DNA of 20,834 nucleotides from a virus (Duplodnaviria; Heunggongvirae; Uroviricota; Caudoviricetes): IMG/VR virus record IMGVR_UViG_3300030310_000016; one strand, 5' to 3'. Shown piece by piece: positions 15,448 to 20,834 of this stretch (position 1 is its first letter; each line of letters starts with the position of its first letter). The notes under the pieces were generated by a model. It saw only the letters and a program-made list of their open reading frames with translations, ran no database searches and was not told where the DNA came from. The position numbers and the translations under genes were made by a program.

Positions 15448-18048
15448 ATGAGCACAAAACCACTCTTCCTGTTACGGAAAGCGAAAAAATCATCCGGTGA
15501 ACCTGACGTCGTCCTGTGGGCAAGCAACGATTTTGAATCGACCTGTGCCACTCTGGACTACCTGATCGTTAAGTCAGGTAAAAAACTGAGCAGCTATTTT
15601 AAAGCTGTTGCCACGAATTTTCCTGTCGTTAATGACCTGCCCGCTGAAGGTGAGATCGATTTTACCTGGAGTGAACGCTATCAACTCAGCAAAGACTCCA
15701 TGACATGGGAACTAAAACCGGGAGCAGCACCAGACAACGCTCATTATCAAGGCAATACCAACGTCAACGGCGAAGACATGACTGAGATTGAGGAGAATAT
15801 GCTAATCCCAATTTCTGGCCAGGAACTGCCCATTCGTTGGCTTGCTCAACACGGCAGCGAAAAACCGGTAACGCACGTTTCACGCGACGGACTCCAGGCA
15901 TTACACATTGCTCGGGCTGAAGAACTACCGGCTGTTACTGCCCTGGCTGTTTCCCACAAAACCAGCCTGCTCGACCCGCTGGAAATTCGCGAACTCCACA
16001 AACTGGTTCGTGACACTGACAAAGTTTTCCCTAATCCTGGTAATTCAAACCTGGGACTGATAACTGCTTTTTTCGAAGCATACCTGAACGCTGACTACAC
16101 CGATCGAGGACTGCTGACAAAAGAGTGGATGAAGGGTAATCGTGTTTCACACATCACTCGCACGGCTTCCGGTGCTAATGCTGGCGGCGGAAACCTCACC
16201 GATCGCGGCGAAGGTTTCGTACACGATCTGACGTCACTGGCGCGCGACGTAGCCACTGGCGTACTGGCCCGTTCAATGGATCTGGACATCTATAACCTTC
16301 ATCCGGCACACGCTAAACGCATTGAGGAAATTATCGCTGAAAATAAACCGCCCTTTTCTGTTTTCCGCGACAAATTCATCACCATGCCTGGCGGGCTGGA
16401 TTATTCCCGCGCCATCGTGGTTGCGTCCGTAAAAGAAGCACCAATTGGGATCGAGGTCATCCCCGCGCACGTCACTGAATATCTGAACAAAGTACTGACT
16501 GAAACCGATCATGCCAACCCTGATCCGGAAATCGTGGATATTGCCTGCGGTCGCTCCTCTGCCCCGATGCCGCAGCGAGTAACAGAAGAAGGAAAACAGG
16601 ATGATGAAGAAAAACCGCAACCATCTGGAACAACGGCAGTTGAACAGGGAGAGGCTGAAACAATGGAACCGGACGCAACTGAACATCATCAGGACACGCA
16701 GCCGCTGGATGCTCAGTCACAGGTAAATTCTGTTGATGCGAAATATCAGGAACTGCGGGCAGAACTCCATGAAGCCCGGAAAAACATTCCATCAAAAAAT
16801 CCTGTCGATGCCGATAAATTGCTTGCTGCATCACGTGGTGAATTTGTTGACGGAATTAGCGACCCGAACGATCCGAAATGGGTAAAGGGGATCCAGACTC
16901 GCGATTGTGTGTACCAGAACCAGCCAGAAACGGAAAAAACCAGCCCAGATATGAATCAACCTGAGCCAGTAGTGCAACAGGAACCGGAAATAGCCTGCAA
17001 TGCCTGCGGCCAGACTGGCGGGGATAACTGCCCTGACTGTGGTGCGGTGATGGGCGACGCAACATACCAGGAAACATTCGATGAAGAGAGTCAGGTTGAA
17101 GCTAAGGAAAATGATCCGGAGGAAATGGAAGGCGCTGAACATCCGCACAATGAGAATGCTGGCAGCGATCCGCATCACGATTGCAGTGATGAAACTGGCG
17201 AAGTCGCAGATCCCGTAATCGTAGAAGACATAGAGCCAGGTATTTATTACGGAATTTCGAATGAGAATTACCACGCGGGTCCCGGTATCAGTAAGTCTCA
17301 GCTCGATGACATTGCTGATACTCCGGCACTATATTTGTGGCGTAAAAATGCCCCCGTGGACACCACAAAGACAAAAACGCTCGATTTAGGAACTGCTTTC
17401 CACTGCCGGGTACTTGAACCGGAAGAATTCAGTAACCGCTTTATCGTAGCACCTGAATTTAACCGCCGTACAAACGCCGGAAAAGAAGAAGAGAAAGCGT
17501 TTCTGATGGAATGCGCAAGCACAGGAAAAACGGTTATCACTGCGGAAGAAGGCCGGAAAATTGAACTCATGTATCAAAGCGTTATGGCTTTGCCGCTGGG
17601 GCAATGGCTTGTTGAAAGCGCCGGACACGCTGAATCATCAATTTACTGGGAAGATCCTGAAACAGGAATTTTGTGTCGGTGCCGTCCGGACAAAATTATC
17701 CCTGAATTTCACTGGATCATGGACGTGAAAACTACGGCGGATATTCAACGATTCAAAACCGCTTATTACGACTACCGCTATCACGTTCAGGATGCATTCT
17801 ACAGTGACGGTTATGAAGCACAGTTTGGAGTGCAGCCAACTTTCGTTTTTCTGGTTGCCAGCACAACTATTGAATGCGGACGTTATCCGGTTGAAATTTT
17901 CATGATGGGCGAAGAAGCAAAACTGGCAGGTCAACAGGAATATCACCGCAATCTGCGAACCCTGTCTGACTGCCTGAATACCGATGAATGGCCAGCTATT
18001 AAGACATTATCACTGCCCCGCTGGGCTAAGGAATATGCAAATGACTAA
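15448..18048 (+). CDS. recE: RecE, exonuclease VIII (5'-3' dsDNA exonuclease), 866 aa
   Basis: Full-length ORF with an acidic, low-complexity middle region and a C-terminal nuclease domain; length and sequence match recalled K-12 RecE. Confidence 0.95.
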   Translation: MSTKPLFLLRKAKKSSGEPDVVLWASNDFESTCATLDYLIVKSGKKLSSYFKAVATNFPVVNDLPAEGEIDFTWSERYQLSKDSMTWELKPGAAPDNAHYQGNTNVNGEDMTEIEENMLIPISGQELPIRWLAQHGSEKPVTHVSRDGLQALHIARAEELPAVTALAVSHKTSLLDPLEIRELHKLVRDTDKVFPNPGNSNLGLITAFFEAYLNADYTDRGLLTKEWMKGNRVSHITRTASGANAGGGNLTDRGEGFVHDLTSLARDVATGVLARSMDLDIYNLHPAHAKRIEEIIAENKPPFSVFRDKFITMPGGLDYSRAIVVASVKEAPIGIEVIPAHVTEYLNKVLTETDHANPDPEIVDIACGRSSAPMPQRVTEEGKQDDEEKPQPSGTTAVEQGEAETMEPDATEHHQDTQPLDAQSQVNSVDAKYQELRAELHEARKNIPSKNPVDADKLLAASRGEFVDGISDPNDPKWVKGIQTRDCVYQNQPETEKTSPDMNQPEPVVQQEPEIACNACGQTGGDNCPDCGAVMGDATYQETFDEESQVEAKENDPEEMEGAEHPHNENAGSDPHHDCSDETGEVADPVIVEDIEPGIYYGISNENYHAGPGISKSQLDDIADTPALYLWRKNAPVDTTKTKTLDLGTAFHCRVLEPEEFSNRFIVAPEFNRRTNAGKEEEKAFLMECASTGKTVITAEEGRKIELMYQSVMALPLGQWLVESAGHAESSIYWEDPETGILCRCRPDKIIPEFHWIMDVKTTADIQRFKTAYYDYRYHVQDAFYSDGYEAQFGVQPTFVFLVASTTIECGRYPVEIFMMGEEAKLAGQQEYHRNLRTLSDCLNTDEWPAIKTLSLPRWAKEYAND

Positions 18049-18850
18049 GCAACCACCAATCGCAAAAGCCGATCTGCAAAAAACTCAGGGAAACCGTGCA
18101 CCAGCAGCAGTTAAAAATAGCGACGTGATTAGTTTTATTAACCAGCCATCAATGAAAGAGCAACTGGCAGCAGCTCTTCCACGCCATATGACGGCTGAAC
18201 GTATGATCCGTATCGCCACTACAGAAATTCGTAAAGTTCCGGCGTTAGGAAACTGTGACACTATGAGTTTTGTCAGTGCGATCGTACAGTGTTCACAGCT
18301 CGGACTTGAGCCAGGTAGCGCCCTCGGTCATGCATATTTACTGCCTTTTGGTAATAAAAACGAAAAGAGCGGTAAAAAGAACGTTCAGCTAATCATTGGC
18401 TATCGCGGCATGATTGATCTGGCTCGCCGTTCTGGTCAAATCGCCAGCCTGTCAGCCCGTGTTGTCCGTGAAGGTGACGAGTTTAGCTTCGAATTTGGCC
18501 TTGATGAAAAGTTAATACACCGCCCGGGAGAAAACGAAGATGCCCCGGTTACCCACGTCTATGCTGTCGCAAGACTGAAAGACGGAGGTACTCAGTTTGA
18601 AGTTATGACGCGCAAACAGATTGAGCTGGTGCGCAGCCTGAGTAAAGCTGGTAATAACGGGCCGTGGGTAACTCACTGGGAAGAAATGGCAAAGAAAACG
18701 GCTATTCGTCGCCTGTTCAAATATCTGCCCGTATCAATTGAGATCCAGCGTGCAGTATCAATGGATGAAAAGGAACCACTGACAATCGATCCTGCAGATT
18801 CCTCTGTATTAACCGGGGAATACAGTGTAATCGATAATTCAGAGGAATAA
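18041..18850 (+). CDS. recT: RecT, single-strand annealing recombinase, 269 aa
   Basis: [62 protein letters not shown]...; its start overlaps the recE 3' end by 8 nt. Confidence 0.95.
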   Translation: MTKQPPIAKADLQKTQGNRAPAAVKNSDVISFINQPSMKEQLAAALPRHMTAERMIRIATTEIRKVPALGNCDTMSFVSAIVQCSQLGLEPGSALGHAYLLPFGNKNEKSGKKNVQLIIGYRGMIDLARRSGQIASLSARVVREGDEFSFEFGLDEKLIHRPGENEDAPVTHVYAVARLKDGGTQFEVMTRKQIELVRSLSKAGNNGPWVTHWEEMAKKTAIRRLFKYLPVSIEIQRAVSMDEKEPLTIDPADSSVLTGEYSVIDNSEE

Positions 18851-18906
18851 TTCAGCCTGGCGGTGTAATGCACCGCCAACTTGAAATATTTTTTATGAGA
18901 AAAATT

Positions 18907-19101
18907 ATGAGATATGACAATATTAAACCATGTCCATTTTGTGGTTGTCCATCAGTAACGGTGAAAGCCATTTCAGGATATTACCGAGCGAAGTGTAACG
19001 GATGCGAATCCCGAACCGGTTATGGTGGAAGTGAAAAAGAAGCACTCGAAAGATGGAATAAACGAACCACTGGAAATAATAATGGAGGTGTTCATGTATA
19101 A
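18907..19101 (+). CDS. ralR: RalR (Lar): restriction-alleviation protein, also reported as the DNase toxin of the RalR/RalA type I toxin-antitoxin pair; 64 aa
   Basis: MRYDNIKPCPFCGCPSVTVKAISGYYRAKCNGCESRTGYGGSEKEALERWNKRTTGNNNGGVHV; start chosen at the internal ATG at 18907. Confidence 0.85.
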   Translation: MRYDNIKPCPFCGCPSVTVKAISGYYRAKCNGCESRTGYGGSEKEALERWNKRTTGNNNGGVHV

Positions 19102-19303
19102 AATTACCGCCACTATTGAAAAGGAAGGTGGCACTCCTACTAACTGGACAAGATATTCAAAATCTAAACTAACGAAATCAGAATGCGAAAAAATGCTCTC
19201 AGGTAAAAAAGAAGCAGGCGTTTCCAGAGAGCAGAAAGTAAAACTGATAAATTTTAATTGCGAGAAACTTCAGTCCTCGAGAATTGCATTGTATTCAAAT
19301 TAA
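19094..19303 (+). CDS. ydaC: YdaC-like protein, 69 aa
   Basis: MYKITATIEKEGGTPTNWTRYSKSKLTKSECEKMLSGKKEAG...; GGAGGTG lies upstream of the ATG at 19094, which overlaps the ralR 3' end. Confidence 0.7.
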   Translation: MYKITATIEKEGGTPTNWTRYSKSKLTKSECEKMLSGKKEAGVSREQKVKLINFNCEKLQSSRIALYSN

Positions 19304-19381
19304 AACTTCATAGCTGATTATTAATAATCAACATCGGGCGTCAATTTCAGTCTAACATTGGCGCCTGCCAGAGGTGATGCG

Positions 19382-19597
19382 ATGGCACAAGTAATCTTTA
19401 ATGAAGAGTGGATGGTTGAATACGGCCTGATGCTTCGCACTGGTCTGGGGGCCAGACAAATTGAAGCATACCGCCAGAACTGTTGGGTGGAGGGCTTCCA
19501 CTTCAAACGAGTATCTCCTTTAGGTAAGCCAGACAGCAAACGAGGGATTATCTGGTACAACTATCCAAAGATAAATCAGTTTATCAAAGACTCATGA
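19382..19597 (+). CDS. xisR: excisionase-like protein (XisR / YdaQ-like), 71 aa
   Basis: [71 protein letters not shown]; ends 1 nt before the integrase start. Confidence 0.75.
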   Translation: MAQVIFNEEWMVEYGLMLRTGLGARQIEAYRQNCWVEGFHFKRVSPLGKPDSKRGIIWYNYPKINQFIKDS

Positions 19598-19598
19598 T

Positions 19599-20834
19599 AT
19601 GTCTAAATTACCAACAGGTGTCGAGATTAGAGGTAGATACATTCGCATCTGGTTCATGTTTCGAGGAAAACGATGTCGGGAAACATTAAAAGGCTGGGAG
19701 ATTACAAACAGTAATATTAAAAAGGCCGGAAATTTAAGAGCGCTGATAGTTCATGAAATAAACTCCGGTGAATTTGAGTATTTAAGACGTTTTCCCCAGT
19801 CCAGCACTGGGGCAAAAATGGTGACAACGAGAGTCATAAAAACGTTCGGAGAGCTTTGTGATATCTGGACAAAAATTAAAGAGACAGAGTTAACAACAAA
19901 CACAATGAAGAAAACGAAATCACAATTAAAAACACTCAGAATAATAATTTGTGAAAGTACCCCGATATCACATATTCGTTATAGCGATATCTTAAACTAC
20001 CGGAATGAACTGCTGCATGGAGAAACGCTTTACCTGGATAATCCAAGATCCAACAAAAAAGGAAGAAGCGTGCGCACAGTTGATAACTATATCGCCCTAC
20101 TCTGTTCGCTATTGCGTTTTGCGTATCAGTCGGGATTTATATCAACCAAACCATTTGAAGGAGTAAAAAAATTACAGCGAAACAGAATAAAGCCTGATCC
20201 GTTATCTAAAACAGAATTCAATGCATTAATGGAAAGTGAAAAAGGACAGAGCCAGAACTTGTGGAAATTTGCCGTTTACTCAGGACTTCGTCACGGGGAA
20301 CTGGCAGCTCTGGCGTGGGAGGATGTGGATCTCGAAAAGGGAATAGTGAATGTCAGAAGAAACCTGACGATACTTGATATGTTCGGTCCCCCAAAAACAA
20401 ATGCCGGGATCCGAACAGTAACACTACTGCAGCCTGCTCTTGAAGCACTGAAGGAGCAATACAAACTGACCGGGCATCATCGCAAAAGCGAAATCACCTT
20501 TTATCATCGGGAGTACGGCAGAACCGAAAAGCAAAAACTGCATTTTGTTTTCATGCCCAGGGTGTGTAACGGAAAACAAAAACCTTATTACTCGGTAAGC
20601 AGTTTGGGAGCAAGGTGGAATGCAGCAGTAAAACGTGCTGGTATTCGCCGCCGTAATCCGTACCATACGCGGCATACTTTTGCCTGCTGGCTGTTGACGG
20701 CAGGAGCGAACCCGGCATTTATAGCCAGCCAAATGGGGCATGAAACTGCGCAGATGGTGTATGAAATTTACGGTATGTGGATTGATGACATGAACGACGA
20801 ACAGATAGCCATGTTGAATGCGCGGTTATCGTAG
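19599..20834 (+). CDS. intR: tyrosine integrase (IntR-like), 411 aa
   Basis: Full-length ORF with the C-terminal catalytic region ...RHTFACWLLTAGANPAFIASQMGHETAQMVYEIY (Arg-His-x-x-Arg, Tyr). Its stop is the last codon of the window, so the attachment site must lie just outside it. Confidence 0.9.
   Translation: MSKLPTGVEIRGRYIRIWFMFRGKRCRETLKGWEITNSNIKKAGNLRALIVHEINSGEFEYLRRFPQSSTGAKMVTTRVIKTFGELCDIWTKIKETELTTNTMKKTKSQLKTLRIIICESTPISHIRYSDILNYRNELLHGETLYLDNPRSNKKGRSVRTVDNYIALLCSLLRFAYQSGFISTKPFEGVKKLQRNRIKPDPLSKTEFNALMESEKGQSQNLWKFAVYSGLRHGELAALAWEDVDLEKGIVNVRRNLTILDMFGPPKTNAGIRTVTLLQPALEALKEQYKLTGHHRKSEITFYHREYGRTEKQKLHFVFMPRVCNGKQKPYYSVSSLGARWNAAVKRAGIRRRNPYHTRHTFACWLLTAGANPAFIASQMGHETAQMVYEIYGMWIDDMNDEQIAMLNARLS

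Noticed and set aside
15448-18048. Several ORFs of 60-150 aa on the minus strand inside recE, and the plus-strand ORFs inside ydaU/ydaV and the O-like region
   Set aside because: They are antisense or out of frame within long, confidently identified genes; typical shadow ORFs in GC-balanced coding DNA.
1-20834. CRISPR array or rRNA
   Set aside because: No regularly spaced direct repeats with unique spacers and no rRNA-like conserved blocks were observed anywhere in the window.

Overview
This window reads as one arm-to-lysis stretch of a Rac-type lambdoid prophage of an Escherichia-like host, running right to left. Calls rest on reading the translations and on recalled protein families; no database search or computation was run, and hand-counted coordinates may be off by 1-2 nt. 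From the right end: integrase and excisionase (19382..20834), ydaC/ralR, recT/recE, racC/ydaE/kilR, sieB, ydaF/ydaG, a racR-like repressor divergent from ydaS/ydaT, then replication genes ydaU (O-like) and ydaV (DnaC-like) with two coupled unknown genes. Next is an accessory island: a very AT-rich 455-aa ORF with an R-x4-H (HEPN-like) motif, an intact 1258-bp IS3 with a 3-bp target duplication, and a YeaR/DUF1971-like gene with an NsrR-box-like palindrome. Then a nin-like trio ending in a Q-like gene, a tR'-like terminator, two tandem lipoprotein genes whose C-terminal domains resemble TolA domain III, and a phage-21-type lysis cassette (pinholin plus a SAR endolysin truncated by the window start). 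The best candidates for something undescribed are the HEPN-like ORF (possible single-gene defence system) and the TolA-III-like lipoprotein pair (possible envelope decoy or exclusion module). No CRISPR array, rRNA or convincing tRNA was seen.
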